Shown: positions 38,245-52,989, counted from the stretch's first letter. The stretch: DNA of 64,000 nt from Pecten maximus (GCF_902652985.1 NC_047024.1:41850001-41914000); one strand, 5' to 3'. Notes: generated by a model not told the origin, from the letters alone. Program-made: numbers and translations.

Positions 38245-39826
38245 ATACGAGTAAAATAGTTTAAAGCTGTTATTTTACTTGTGAAAAATATTTGTTATTT
38301 CCGCTCAAACTGAGAACAACCACTTCCTGTATCCTGGTAGGGATGGACTTTCATGTGTACTATACGAATACCACCAGCTTGTTTTATTTAATATATACTA
38401 ACATTAAACTATGCTACTATGTGAAATTAGTGTTTCGGCATTACAATACCATGAACCATGCTTTTTAGACAAATTAATGTATAGTCAACTTTAACTTCCA
38501 ATGATGATATATATCTCTAATGATCTGAAACGAAACATTTGATTTTAACTAACCTGAAAAGTAACTGTATACTTTTTATCTAAAATTTTTCATAACTTAA
38601 ATAAATGTTTACGAACTGATTATACACTCAGAGATGTCGACCTTTATTAAGGATAGCACGTGTTTTGCCAGCCTCGATACTAAATTTGCTTTTTCATTGC
38701 CGAATTTACTTGATGAAATGTCTTTTTTTTTTTTGCAGGAACAGTCGATGTTAATATTTCAAAAATTGCAGAAAACAGTTCTAGTTGCTTCAAATTTAAG
38801 GTAAATGGGATAAGTTTCCTTATCAGCATTATACTTTGTAAGTGTGAGCTAACAGCTTGTGTTTGGTCGTTATAGGGGAACGGTATTTGTATACTTGTAT
38901 AGTTTTTAACTTGAATCTGATTAGGTACTGTTTTAATAGGTAACATTGCTAAACTCAAATTCAAAATATACATTTTATCGAGTTTGATCTTACTTCAAGA
39001 CCTGATTATTTCGTTGTTTTTAATTGTTTTTTTTTGGGGGGGGGGGGGGTGCGGAGGGGGAGTTGTTTTTGTTTTACGTAATATGTTATTTTAGTTTGCA
39101 TCTTGTTGTTGTGAGCCGAAATCTAATATATTTTGTACATTTAACATCAATCTATTTTGTATCCTCAACATATTCCCATCAGCTTGTTATTAACCATACA
39201 CATATACTTTTTTTCCCACATACTTCACAACGTGATGTCTTGATTGCTAGAAATGGGATAAATTACTATCACACAGAGCAGGGAAAGAGAGCTGACCACG
39301 CCATGATGCCACTCACAATAGAGTATATATGTAACAGAACCACCTCTCTATTTTTTTTACGTCCTCAATATCGACGCAAATTATCTAGGTCATGAAAGAT
39401 AACGCGATGAGAAGCTTTCACAAGCCTTACTCTTTGGTGCTGTATTTTCTAAGTACGAGAAAAAATTTCAAATATGTTTCAACTCTCGTGTAAGAGTTTG
39501 TTTGACAATCCTCGTGCTGACCAGCCAAACTCTTCCGCTCGTGTTGAGATATCTTATCTACGGAACAGGCCCATTTAATAATATATTTGTCTTAAAAGTT
39601 ACCACTCCCGTCTTTGTTCATTCGGTATCCCCATAACATATCTGATCTTGTATGTATCATCAATATGTCTGCACACATGCGGATATTATACTCATCCAAT
39701 TGTATATTTATTCCATTCCGGAAATATCTGGCGAGTTTCCGTCTCCGACATGTATTGTAGAGAACTGAATAGAAATTATTATCAATTAATATTACTGCTG
39801 ATAAGTATGATAAAAATCGTTGCATA

Positions 39827-42800
39827 ATGATACTTAGTAGTTTTTTACCCATATTATTTGGAGTTGTATGGCTGATGACGTCGATGAGTACAGGAAGTTT
39901 ACAACCACAGAGGAATGATAGGTATGTCTTTGGTTGATATGTTTTTCATAGTTTAGTTTCATTTTATTAATCTCGTTCATTTCAAAGATGATATACATAA
40001 TTTGAAAAAAATAAATTCTCAGATATAATATAATATTTCAGAAACACGTTTTATATGTGCGTTACAGAAATTTATGGCATTTTTGAAAATAACATCAATG
40101 CGGAAATTGTTATGATGTTGAACTCGTTAATCTAAGCTCACATATATATATATATGTATATTTATATATCATATATATTCAACTGATGAATTCAAATGTT
40201 GAAAGGCATTTTCTATATTCACTTCGTGTTTGTATTTTTGTTATCAGTTTAAACAATACAGACATAGACTATGCAATAGCTCGTGTAAATGGTGACGAGT
40301 TTGAGTGCAGTACGGGATATAGGCGAGTTGGAAAGGAAAGACGCTGTGAAGGTAATTAACTTCTATTTAGACACTGAAATCAATGAAAAAGATATATGCA
40401 CATTATAAGGGCACACGACACTTACACTTTGCATTGTCAGTGACAATGACAAGTACACTTATATGAAGTTTCCAGCTAGAGGGACCGCGGAACCAAATGA
40501 TTTCCCATAGACGGTAGTGTTAAAGTTTACCACTGTCCTACTTAAATGGAGTTTTCATCTCTGGTCCACTAACTATAATTTTGAATAATGACATCTCACA
40601 CACATGTAAATTAAATATTTGAAAATTCAAAAACTGCATTTCTTTCAAAGATGTACCATATCATTAACTCTATTAACTATGTTATTTTCAAAAAATATGA
40701 GGATTCGTGGATCGTCAATACCCAATACGATTATTTATATTGGCTATAAAAGTGTTATAATAAGGTATACAACAAATCTGAATTTAAATATATTTTCTTG
40801 ATAAAATCTAGGAAGCTACGGCGGCAGTGTATATTAAACATTGATTCTAACGATAGACAGAAATGTATAATGGAACAGGAACGAAAAAGAAGTTTTTGCT
40901 TAATCCGAATTATTCTGCAAAGATTGATCTTTTGATAGAAAACCATTTTTTTCATTAATAAGGCCATAGTTTGATTACCAGGTTAGACCTGAAAATGTCT
41001 TTTTTTTCTTGTCAAACACGTAATTTATCTTTATGATTACACCGTTGTTCCGTTCATCCTTAAAATACATATCTCGCAATAAATTATTGATTTTCAATAT
41101 TTTCTATTTTAAAGCTTGTTCGGGCTGGACATACGGAGACTCTTGTCGTCGAAAATGTAGCTGTGTTCGTAACAATACACGGACATGTGGACACTTGACC
41201 GGAGTCTGTGTTTGTCATCCACGCTGGACTGGGATAACATGCAGTCTCCCTGTGGCAATAAAGCGGGGGAAAAGTAGGAAAAAAATATTATTAATTGATG
41301 AACTGCTGAATCAGTTTCTGTTATTTTTCAATACAAAATCTAAAAATACGATTGAATTGTTACTCATGAAAAGAAAACGAGTTAAAATCATGCTCCATCA
41401 AGTTTGTTTCCAAAACTGAATAAGCTCTATTCCAGTTTATCAGAATTAAATATCAAATAAATGGAATACGAATTTTGACATGTTCCGCCACATGATACTT
41501 TCACAACGCTGTAAAGGCATTGGAAGTACAACGATGGCATACCTGAATAACTGAAAGATTGTTGGTGTCACCGCTACACGCTCTTAAAATAAATGTGATT
41601 TCTTTGAGGACCTTTCCAAAAATGAATTACTTTATTTTCATGTTTCAAACAAGCATTTATGTTGCATTAAATAGTTAAGATCTCATAACAAAAACAATTA
41701 TCGTTCTCTATATCTTGATTTCGATGGTTAAAAAAGCTGAGCAGTATTATTTCAACGGGGTAAATAAAGCAAACTAGTTATATTGACGTCATACCAATGT
41801 AGACAATTTTAAGTTATCATGGCATTCCTTATTACATTGATGAAAATAACTTTTAAGTTTTACTTTAGTCACAAAGTTTACTCAGTACTTTCTGCCAAAT
41901 CGCAGGTATTGAGAACTTTAAACTAGTGTCGGTAGTTTACATTCCAATGTATATACCATTGAAATGGTGAAAATGGCAATTTTGCTTGACATCGTTGGGG
42001 GGCATAAATTATAATATGCAATTGTTGTTTTTTTTTGTAGGATCAGGGGACTCTGGGGTCAAGGCTCTTGTACCAGAAAATCTTTCAGGTAAGCTTTGAT
42101 CTGTTTTATTCATAACGTTTTTTTAACCAAATTTCCTAGCTTCATTAATTGATGGTAATGATGTCATGTCATGTCGATTCCATGTTGTAACGCATTCTTA
42201 TCCATTAGAGATGCAAAACTGAATTTGAACAAAGAATAAGGAAGCATAATCCGGATACAATGTACACACATACTTCCAATTTGTATAGTTAGCCCATGAT
42301 GACTGTTTAAGGCATCAATGAACGCAATTGATGCAAGACATCAAGGAAATAATTTTTTCAACAACAGCGCCGCCAGATGATCAAGGTCGCGAGAGTCATA
42401 TATAAGGCATATTAAACATATTTTATCGAAAGCATACAGAAGCAACCAAACATTAGCATGGGCTTCGAGTTTACTCATACAGATATTGGGATCATTATGT
42501 TATGTTGTCATTTAAAATACCATGCCCTTTATAATTTCGCCTATAACATATGAAGACATACCGCGAAGAATTGCAGAACACAGTATTCATCCTCTTATTA
42601 TATGCAACAAATAGAGTTTTATGACTCAGATTTCTATGTTGTGTAAATATGATTATTAATAAAACGTCTTTCAGTGTGTCCTGCTTGGTTTTACGGAGTA
42701 AACTGTACGGAGATGTGTTCCTGTAACCAGACTACGTCTGTAAGCTGCAACTCTGCGAATGGGTCATGTATATGTACACCAGGACACACCGGGAATCAGT

Positions 42801-45800
42801 GTAACCAAGGTAAATTATCATACAAGGGGATTAAATGTAACAATTGCAAGGTAAATGTAACTAAGAACTTTTTTTTAGAAATATATGTTTCATACATGGA
42901 GTGTAAAGTCATTGGCAATATAACCATCAATAAAACCCAGTATAGACATTAATACTTTTCTTTTATTGAGCATTCTCTCCGTAGCGTTAATGTACTAAAG
43001 AATTGATTTGATAGCCATTGATGTACGTAATACACACACAAAAGCTAATTTGTCACCCAATAAGCAAAATAACATTTATTTTTCAAATTATAGCATATCC
43101 TGCATTGCCTTATAACCTATATATAAACAAGACATTTCATAATTCTAAAAATGTATTTTATATATGTATTTTCAAACAGCTTGCGATAGTAACACTTTCG
43201 GAGAAAACTGCAGCCAGACATGCAAATGTGATCCAATCAACAGCTTCGCCTGTAGTCACGTTGATGGAACATGTGATTGCTCCTCCGGATGGACAGGAAA
43301 TTTCTGCAACGAAAGTAAATTGATAAATATTTCATAAAGCATGACTGATTTATCGAGTTATGTTATAATTTGCTTCTAAATAGCCATGCTTACCTGGGTA
43401 TAGCATTTATAAGTTTTCATATGCGTAATTAACCTACAAACGATATTCTAGTAATTAAATAAATTTGCAGTACTGGTGAAATTAACTTTCTGGTAGTTTT
43501 GTAACCTACTAATATTGAGTGTGTGTATACTGATACCCGTATTTCATTTTTATGATTAGCCTGCAGTAAGTGTTCATAAATCTAGCGAGGAGTATGACAT
43601 ACTTTTTTTATCCTGTGGTGATTGTAAGTTAACATAGATATACATTTCCGGAATTATGTCTTTGACATTCAGTGATAGAACGGAGAGCCAGATATAATTA
43701 TGTTGTATTTAGTGTTCAGCCAGGATTGATTATAGGTGGAGCTTTTCTAATAGATGTTTGTATTATACGTTGGTGTGATTTTGGTATTGATTGTACGTAA
43801 AAGCAGATATTTTTGTTATAAATTTACGTGTAGCCTGCAGTGCTGGTACATATGGCGATCAGTGTAGAAATAACTGCTCTTGTCCAACCAACGCATCCCC
43901 AGTCTGTCACCATATCAATGGCTCATGTTCCTGTATCACGGATTATGTGATGGTCGGAGATACATGTCTTAAAATAGATACAGGTATAATATTCCTTATT
44001 ATATCAAATGCATATTTGAAATGGCCCTTTACTTTCAAATTTTGATCAGCCTTAGTTTACAGATGCATACGCCTAGATCAATGTAACACTGCAATTCGTA
44101 AATGACGTACTTCTTATTCATCAAAACAACACTTTGGTACTAATTATTTTTTCTTCATAACAGCACATACACGGGAAATGTGATAACGTTGGTAAACCCC
44201 TTTGACGTTCGATGGATCTGCCAATAGGAACTTAATATCCACATACCCTTGTCATTTGGAATTCAAAAATGTCACACAAACATGCTTTCATTGAAATTAG
44301 TATTCACTTAGAAAATATCAATTATTAGCAACAACTGTGCATCTAAAGCATTTTCCTTTCTTTCAGTTACAGTGACTGTGTCTCCACTGTCGGAATTCCT
44401 CGCCGTATTTGAAAATCCAGTCTATGTCTGTATTATCACTGTCGGATGTACTCTTCTTCTGGTCGCCATTATATTGTGCATCATGTGGATAGTCTGCAGG
44501 TATATTAAAATTATGAAAAAAATCCAACATTTGGGTCAATCTTGAGACTCATAATGCACTATCAGTTGAATTTATTAGGTCACCTGAGACGAATTCGATC
44601 GCCTTTTTGTCCGGCGTCATCCGTCATGCATCATTTCAAATCATTTTCTTCTCAATTACCAACATGCCCTGATACTTGATATCGTGTCTGTAGCATCTTG
44701 GGATAAAGGGCTACAAAGTTTGTTCAAATGGATGACCTTGACATTCATTAAAAGTCACAGGGTTAAATATGCTGACATATTGTAATGACATATTCTTGAT
44801 AACTCAAAAGACCCAAATACCCAATATTAGGTATGTAGCATGCTGGGATGAAGGGCTACGTAGTTTGTTCAAATGGACGACTTTAACCTTCATTCAAGGT
44901 CCCAGGGGTCAAATATGCTGAAATATATAAAAACCCGGGTAACTGTTAAGGGTATCTTGTTTGAAGAGAAATGATTTTGTCAATATTAATTGAATTTTAA
45001 TTCGTCGCAACATGTAACATCAGATTTAATGTTTTAACATTTTAAAACTTGTAAAAAGTAACTCTTTTTTCTTCAGATGCTCATGTGCTGAGGTCAGGAG
45101 CCGAAAACACTTGTTGAAATCACCGACATTGTTAGACAATGTCCCTACAGCTTACCCTAGACAGTTAATTGGTTCAGCTGCTGAACCAGCTAAAAAAGGT
45201 ATGCACAAAACAAATACCAAGAAGGGATTCTTCAAAACATTTGTATGATTCAACCTTTATGTGCATTCATAATTCGAATACACAATGTACAACTCTCAAT
45301 TGTTTAAAGTGTAAATCGCAGATACATCCCTATAGAATATACTGCAACACTTCTCATCCAACACAATGAGTTATGAAAATTAAATTGAGTAAAATGGCGC
45401 TTTCAGTTACGTTAAGCTTGAAAAACATAACTAACTATTCGATTATTTACAATAGTTAAATGTCGAATATTTTCTTCTTATACAACAGTGTCAAATATTC
45501 ATAATATAATGTGATCGTTAATTTTTCTAATCAACTACATAATTTCTCATTTCCTTAAAATGTAAACAAAAATAAATAAATATTGTTCACTCCAGCGTGG
45601 TTTGCTACATAAAATTTCTTAGGTCAAAACTGTAAACGAGGCCCAAGTTTTACGCCATCTTAATTATTTTATTGATAGATGCCATCGCTGCTTTGGCTAA
45701 TATCACAACGAAATCAATCAAACAAGAAGAGGAATTAGACGTCCATACATCTACAGTTTACGGGGCTTCCCTTGGTGTTACAGGACAACCTCCTATTACT

Positions 45801-46850
45801 GAAGGAGGAAGCTACTACTACAATGAAACTCTTCAGCAATCTTTTCCAAGTACAACACCCCTTTTAGATTCATCATCACAAGTGAATATAATCGATAATT
45901 TGTTGGATGGCAATGCATACTTCCAAAACACCAAAGCCTCATCCGTGTCAACATTCAAATTGAATGAGACAACAGATGAAAGCCCCCAGACGGTTAACAC
46001 TATCGGGGGTATGTATTATAATGTTGATGATTTGCAACAAGGAATCCTGAATAGAAAATTGGTGGCTTCACAGCCAAACCTGTCACAACAACCACGACCG
46101 AAGGACGTTACATTTAACGATGTCATCGCTGATATAGCGAAGAAGAAAGGATATCGAAATGGAAAAACTAATTTGAAAAAGATGAACTCCCGATCCCTCC
46201 CTAATATTAATCGTGTCAACGTTGAGCCAGACAGGGTTCGTCCAACATTTCATTTGTTCAAAAATTCCACGTCTGATCCCGATATGAAGCAGAAACAGTC
46301 TGGCAATAATATCAGCATTTATGAGGATACGGCGGTTTCGAATTCCAAGGAATCACGTGACGTTAACGCAGCTGCCACTACCCCTATGTTTATTGGTGCA
46401 AAAAAAGCCACACGCATTGCCCCAATACCGGTGGCGCCACCTCTTCTACCTCCGAAACCGAAAAATGTCGGTAATAGTGTCTTGGACTCCTCTGAATCAA
46501 AACCTTCTTCAGATCAACCGTCACCTCCTCCAATATCTAAAATTCCAACATACTCTAATATCAACCGTAATGGCATGCCAAGAGACGATACAAAATTGAA
46601 TTATTCAGCTTCTGACACCAATTTTCAAAATGTACCCGTGGCGCCCCCTTTTAGCAATATTCCACTTCAGAATCCGTCCTTTGTAAGAGGAGGAAATGAC
46701 TTAAGGAGCAATGCGACTGGTGGCGTTAATTATGATGACGTAGCTATTAGGTCGTTCACCAGACAAGAGTCTGAGGGTATTTACGATGATATAGACCAAG
46801 ATCCTGGTCGTGTCGAGACCAGACAGATTTGCATCTGGTATATATGCTGA
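39827..46850 (+). CDS. Gene D: complete short-ectodomain multi-EGF receptor, 10 exons, ~750 aa, 4 EGF modules, ~430-aa Tyr/Pro-rich tail
   Basis: Exons: 39827-39921 (signal peptide), 40248-40351 (CSTGY), 41115-41273, 42041-42088, 42675-42809, 43180-43314, 43834-43983, 44367-44499 (TM), 45077-45198, 45679-46850. Total 2253 nt, in frame. The extreme C-terminus is less certain. Confidence 0.87.
44572..44935. mobile_element. Degenerate non-autonomous Helentron/pearl-like element with ~145-bp internal tandem repeats
   Basis: Starts ttattaggtcacctgag; repeat gtagcat..gggat.aagggctac..agtttgttcaaatgga at ~44690 and ~44835. Resembles satellite-bearing elements of bivalves (family assigned from recall). 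Confidence 0.55.
45679..46850 (+). CDS. Gene D terminal exon: long cytoplasmic tail (VNYDDV, GIYDDI, PxxP motifs)
   Basis: 392-aa ORF 45672-46850; acceptor AG at 45677-45678; starts AIAALA like gene E AISAMA. Confidence 0.88.
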
Positions 46851-47597
46851 AATGGAATGAAAATGTACAGCCAATCATTTTATCTATATCCCTTTAATAC
46901 ATGTTCTCAATCATTTATGTATATTTTGTAGATCAGTTTTAAATCAGTTTTGAATAACACTAAAATTGTCTTACTTCAAACAAAAGTCAAATAGCACGTA
47001 ACTCGCATTGATGGTCAATAAAATGTGTTCCCACCTAGCGTTCACTTGTTTTCCGTACACATAGTCTATGTATTTTACAATAACTTGTGATTGTAGATAT
47101 ATATCAAATATATTTGTATATTATTTCCTTAATATCACAAGCATTTAAGTTGAAATGATTTTGTTGTTATTTTATTCCATGGTAATTTTTATTCAATTTC
47201 ATGATATGCTATATATATGTATTAGATGCAAAAATACTCTTTTAAACTTTAGTTCACAAAGATACATGTATATATGCTGCACGATTGGACACGATAAACC
47301 TGGTAGGCCAGAGCTGACCAACCATCCGACTCAAAGAATTGTGGAAGCAATCACTTTCTTTCAATACATATCTGGATAGTAATGCTCGTGGGGAATTGGT
47401 TTTGCTACATTAGATTTAAATCCCAGACAAAAAATACGCTTTCAATTAATATATCGTGTTTATACGCAAAAGTATGGGATAAATCGAGTTTAATGAAAAT
47501 ATAAAACACCATATTCATTTATTTTTAACAAGTTTGGGATGAAACAATTAGAATCGTCTAGCATTTTCTATACAGTGATTTAAAAGCTGTGGCTTCT

Positions 47598-47790
47598 GAT
47601 ATGTCAGCATTAAGGAAACAACATCCGGCCAACTGTCATCTACAGGAAGCAAAACCCTTTGGATAGACATTGGACCGGACACGATTCACTTCCGGTGTGT
47701 CACTTATAAAACAAATTATTCATATAAGAAGTCTTTGGCCGTTATCAGGATAAGGGAGCGAAACAAATATGCTGTTATTGGTATAGCATA
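47598..47790 (+). promoter_or_regulatory. Conserved proximal promoter/5'UTR of gene E (homolog 62777-62964 upstream of gene F)
   Basis: Non-coding block shared by E and F, with ETS-type motifs acatccgg, caggaagc and acttccgg/acatccgg retained in both. Confidence 0.55.
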
Positions 47791-50700
47791 ATGGCTTACC
47801 TGAAATATGTTGTCCTGGTGAGTCTAAGTCTTGGTGTATTAGGGGATGAAAAGGCGCTTTGTACAAAGAAAATAAGGTATGTAAACAAAGAAATGAAATA
47901 AACAATAACATAAATAAAAACAAAAATGCAGCCTTGACAGAAATAGTTGCATTTGTAAAACAAAATTCAGAGTAACTGAGATTATGTAGAAATGTTGTTT
48001 AAGAAAAAAATTAAATAAAAAGGAAATTGCTGTTCATAAGAAATTTTAAGACCTATGCTAAAATGCTTTTGTTAGACTATTTTTTCGTGTTTTTGATTTA
48101 ATGTGTATGATTTCATATACTCAAAACATAAAGAATAAGAATTGCATGACATATTGAAACATATTAGCATACGGGAGTATGTATGTAGGTAGTAAGTGTC
48201 AATTAAATCAAGATTCTTAACAAAAAAGATAATTATTTCTGTTTACAAAAACAGGTTCATTCTTTGTCACACATTGAAGATTTTAATTCGTACAGAACTT
48301 CACAGGGGTCAGAAGTGAGTTACAGGGAAGAGTTGGGATGCTGTGCCGGGTACACAGAGGTGACAGGCGATCAGCTTTGTAGAAGTAAGTTACTCTCTTC
48401 TACAGATGGAGTAGTTATCACCATAAATTAAAGTGACCTGTTCAAGATTTCTCTGCCACCCAAAGGATGACATATCTCTGTCAACCTGTAGATAAAGATG
48501 CATCGCACGTTCTTCCAATAATACGAAATTTCAAGGACGTCACGTTGTAATTCAATAACATCAGGTCAAATTGTGTAACATTGTAATATTTTTTTCCTTT
48601 TATTTTGAATATTGGAACGATTGTATCCTGCGTAACAAAAACGTGATGAGAGTAAAATAATAACCCCTAACTTGAAATATCGCTCCCTCAGGACGATATT
48701 CCTGGTTGTTTAGCTCTCGGCAGAGCCTCGGGTACGGTAGACAACCTATAATTTCATCCACTGCGTTGGAGATTTCTCCATCACACCTTCAACGTAGGAG
48801 AAATTTAACATAAATTTGCTACGAGTAGAATTGCATAGCAACATTCAGATTTTAGAAAACGTCTGATTATAAAAATGGTCAATGGTCCATCAGTACCATA
48901 AATAAATAATCAATGATTCATTTTTATTTCATACCTGTCAAGTACAAGCTCTCTGTCTACTTAGAATAAAAACAAGATGGTCCCGCTTCGCGGCTTTGTC
49001 GTAGGCGGAACTAAAATAGATTAAACCAATAAACGATAGTTATAACGTGTAGATACCAGAAACAAAGACATGTTACACATAGCTTATAAATTGACATTAA
49101 AGGTCTTAGACGTAATAAGACCCATAAATTACATAGCTAACAAAAAACAAATTCTCGCAATTCATCTTAATTCTACACTATAAATTACTTTTTACCCAAA
49201 CTGCATTATTGCATTTAATAGAGCTCTCCAACCTAATATTGTTATCACTACTCTCTAGTCATATTGTCAACGAATCAAAATATGAATGTTTTATTATAGA
49301 GTGTCCGATTTGGACGTTTGGTCTCTCCTGCAGACACAAATGCCGCTGTGATCGTAAAAACACCAAATATTGTGACCACATCACTGGAAGCTGTGAATGC
49401 CGGCGAGAATGGACAGGACAGACATGCGCTATACAATCCCATATATTTAAAGTGAAAAGTACGTGCGAAGTATTGATACACATCATTAAGAAAATGAATG
49501 TGTAATGATAGATGTGTCTTGTATATATGTCAATGGAATCGATATATCTTGTAAATGCTTCCTTTCTTCAATGCATCATTTTGCTTTATTCTAACTAAAT
49601 TGTGAAGTAAATACCAAGGAAAGTATAATGTGAGTATATACTTACAATATATATATATCAGCTTAAGATAATTTACAGCATATGCTTTTTTTAATCAAGA
49701 ATGATTAACAAGACATTCAATAAAGAGAGATAACTCCAAAGTAAAATATATTAGAAAATAAATTAAGATATATTCCCTGATGGTTTGTATCATATACGAT
49801 TTCGCTTATCGTTAGACAAATCTTTTTTTTTATTTTACAGGGCAAACCAACACCACATGTAAGTAAAGAAAGTGTACAATGACATTGGGACACATTATAT
49901 ATTCTATAATATCTTACAAGATCGTTTTCTTTGATGATTTTCTAAATGTATGTTTGTTTTCTCTTTTGTTTGTTTGTTTGTTTGTTGTTTTTTTTTTTAT
50001 GAATAACGGAAACTTATTTTCAGTCATAGTAAGTATTCAGAACAAAGATTTTGTTTTTGCTGCATATCGTTTCAATTAATGATATCCCCCCTAATTTCAA
50101 TCGCTAATAAATTCTGTATATAAAAAAGCGTGCATTGAAGCTCAATTTGTATGCGTTGCATAAAATGTCACAAGCGTTCCCTAACTCAAGGAAACTCGCC
50201 AATTTATATTCTGGTTGCGATTAAGTGTCTTATTTCTGCTCGAAGCTACACTTACTTATTCCCGTTTAATGTCCTTACACGATACAAACTCATTGCATAC
50301 ATACTGCATCTACTATGATGAAGGGACACCTCTACTATATAGGCACGGTGTAAAAAAAACTTATTATTTTAAACAAATAACCAAACGTTGCTACGACTTT
50401 AAATCGATATGATAAGTTCTGAATCACTATCCGTATTAATGGGAATGTATTTATAAATGTTGATCTCTGACCTAACGCTAAAAAGAATGTCAAAATAAAG
50501 ATCATTTTGAATTGATTCTGTTTCCATTCCAATCGTGACTTTTTTGCAGACCCGTATTTATCTAATTAAATATATATTTTCTGAATTTATAGATATAGAT
50601 TAATCAACTTGTCTCGAGAAACTAGTATCTGTTATATTTAGTCTAATTCAATGAAATATACAGTGCCTTCATTGTCGTAATTATAATCTATGGTAATTTA

Positions 50701-52955
50701 GCTTCTTTATAATGGCAACAAACATTCTAGTGGCACCGATGCATGTATTTTTTTTTTTTTTTTTTTTGTGATTATCTTTAGAATCCCAGAAAATGACTTC
50801 AAGAAACATAACTTTCCCACGTTGTCATCAATGCCCAGATTAAACTTAATGACTATATTTAACCATTGCTTAACCTCCTTTTCAAAGCATAAAATTAATA
50901 CAATACAATTATGGTCATATATTGTACGTTTATTATGAAGGTTTGTTTGTTTCAATGATTTAGAACCTTAGATCGCTTTGTCCCATGAATGCTTAGCAAA
51001 AGACCATTTAGACTGTAAACTTTTGAAATGATGCTCCTTATAAAAAAAAAGCGAAAGTATATTTCTGTTAGGATATGAAGCATTAATTATAAAAAGTAAA
51101 ATTTCGGGTCTTTCTAAACATAATATTATAAAACAGCGACTATAAAAAATTAAACAATATTCGTCAAAAATTAAAATTAGTAGATTGTCACGGAGACCAT
51201 TGTACAATTAGAATTAGCCCATGTGTTAAGAGGAAGTATGCATGTCTTCGACGAAATCCCATATACTGATCTAGGTCAAATCCGAATTAATTTACATTCT
51301 TAAAATGAGATAAATAGTAACGGCAATATTGCTGTTAGGCTTCTCACCAAGTGATGAATATATTTTACTTCATATCGCACAAAGAAATACAATAATTCCA
51401 ATTGAGGTCATCTTCTACATTATCTTCCTCTCTCGAAACCTTGAGTTGCTAAAGTAAATGTTTGGTTCTTCTCTTCCAGCATGTCCTTCGTTCTTCTATG
51501 GCCCTGACTGTGCCTTAAATTGTACATGCCGGGTGGGTACATCAAGCTCCTGTGATCCAGTGACTGGAGAGTGTACTTGTTTGTCTGGTTACACTGGCAG
51601 CAATTGTGAGCAAAGTAGGTTTGATTATATGCTGAGCTGTACATTGCAGTGTTAACCATTACTTGCTTATATGATTATGCTTACTTAATTTAGTAACAGT
51701 ATTGATTGAATTTAAGCTGTATTTGTAATTCAAACAAAGCAAAGCTGGAATCCCAACATCATCATAGTTATGACATTACGCAGGTTAGTATATAATAACT
51801 TCAGTAACTGACATACATACAGTGTAAATACTGAGAGCTGTTATTTTGTAGCATGCAGTCAGTTTACGTACGGCCAGAATTGTGCACAGAACTGTTCATG
51901 TGACGTAAACAACACAGTAGAATGTAATGCATTTTCCGGTGCGTGTTCATGTAAATATGGCTGGGAAGGAATCATCTGTGATGAAAGTAAGCATTACCGC
52001 TGATTAAAATTATCGTTATAGTGAAACGTCTACATAACAAGAACGATGCCGACGTTAACATTAACTGATCTTCTTTGATGAAAAATGTTATATGGTACAT
52101 ATATTAGCTCACCATTTCCTGGTATCTGATTGGTTGAAATCAAAATAGTCATCAGATTTTGTGCAAACTAAGTTTGAAGGTGTAGTTACAATGCTGTATG
52201 AGACTGCGTTCTTTTCCTAACAAAACTGTTTCAACAGAATAATTTCCATTTCCTGGTATTTGATTGGTTTAAAAAATGCGAGCATTTCTTTAAAAAAAAG
52301 GTGTCTGTAAATTAAACATCAGACAAGTATTATAAAAAATGTCAAATCATTGACTAATTAAAACTTGTTCATTTCTATTTTTGAGTATATATGTGGTATA
52401 TTGTCAAAACCGACTCCTGTCTAATCAGGATCCCTGTCTATGTCAGCTTTATTGCTTGGTCCCGCAATTTTCCTTCTTAAATTATAGCAATTAAAAGTTA
52501 TTTTTTTTTATTATTACTGATCTCTATAAACAGGAACCAAACTGTGTTAAGCGGCAAAACATTTTAATCCCGTTGGCATTTGGTTAAGACAAATTATACT
52601 GTACATAGATAATAGAAACCATGTTCACTTACAATTATTGGCGATCTTAAAACGAATATTTTGCACCTGCATGCAAATCTTTTGTATTGATCCTTTATAA
52701 AAAGGTGGTACAAACTTGTATCTATATTGTCTAAACCAATATTTCTTTTCATAATGATCTCGGGAGTCTGTTAATCATTGTTGGTTGTAGTTTGTTCCAA
52801 CTGGACTTACAGTAAATACTGTGACAAGTCCTGTGAATGTAATCAGACCAATACCGAAGTATGTCATCACGTGACCGGTGAATGCACCTGTAATCCAGGT
52901 TATCAAGGACAGGCATGTAACGAGGGTAAGAATCCAATCAGTTACCTGTTGTTTT

Positions 52956-52989
<34 letters not shown>

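Larger units (their letters stand above)
33388..40224. repeat. 3.42-kb direct tandem duplication (33388-36808 / 36809-40224)
   Basis: Both copies start tatgatcataactggacttgcc and end ggcattttctatattcactt; offset 3421 bp. Confidence 0.97.

Noticed and set aside
44410-44430. NPVY (NPxY) motif in gene D
   Set aside because: It lies N-terminal to the TM helix (extracellular side), so it cannot be a PTB-binding site.
48255-48295. Upstream acceptor for gene E exon 2
   Set aside because: Gives an in-frame TGA; the 48296 acceptor matches gene F and keeps frame.
52399-52603. Possible Tc1/Tigger-type MITE remnant
   Set aside because: Terminal repeats are too degenerate to define and no empty site is available for comparison.
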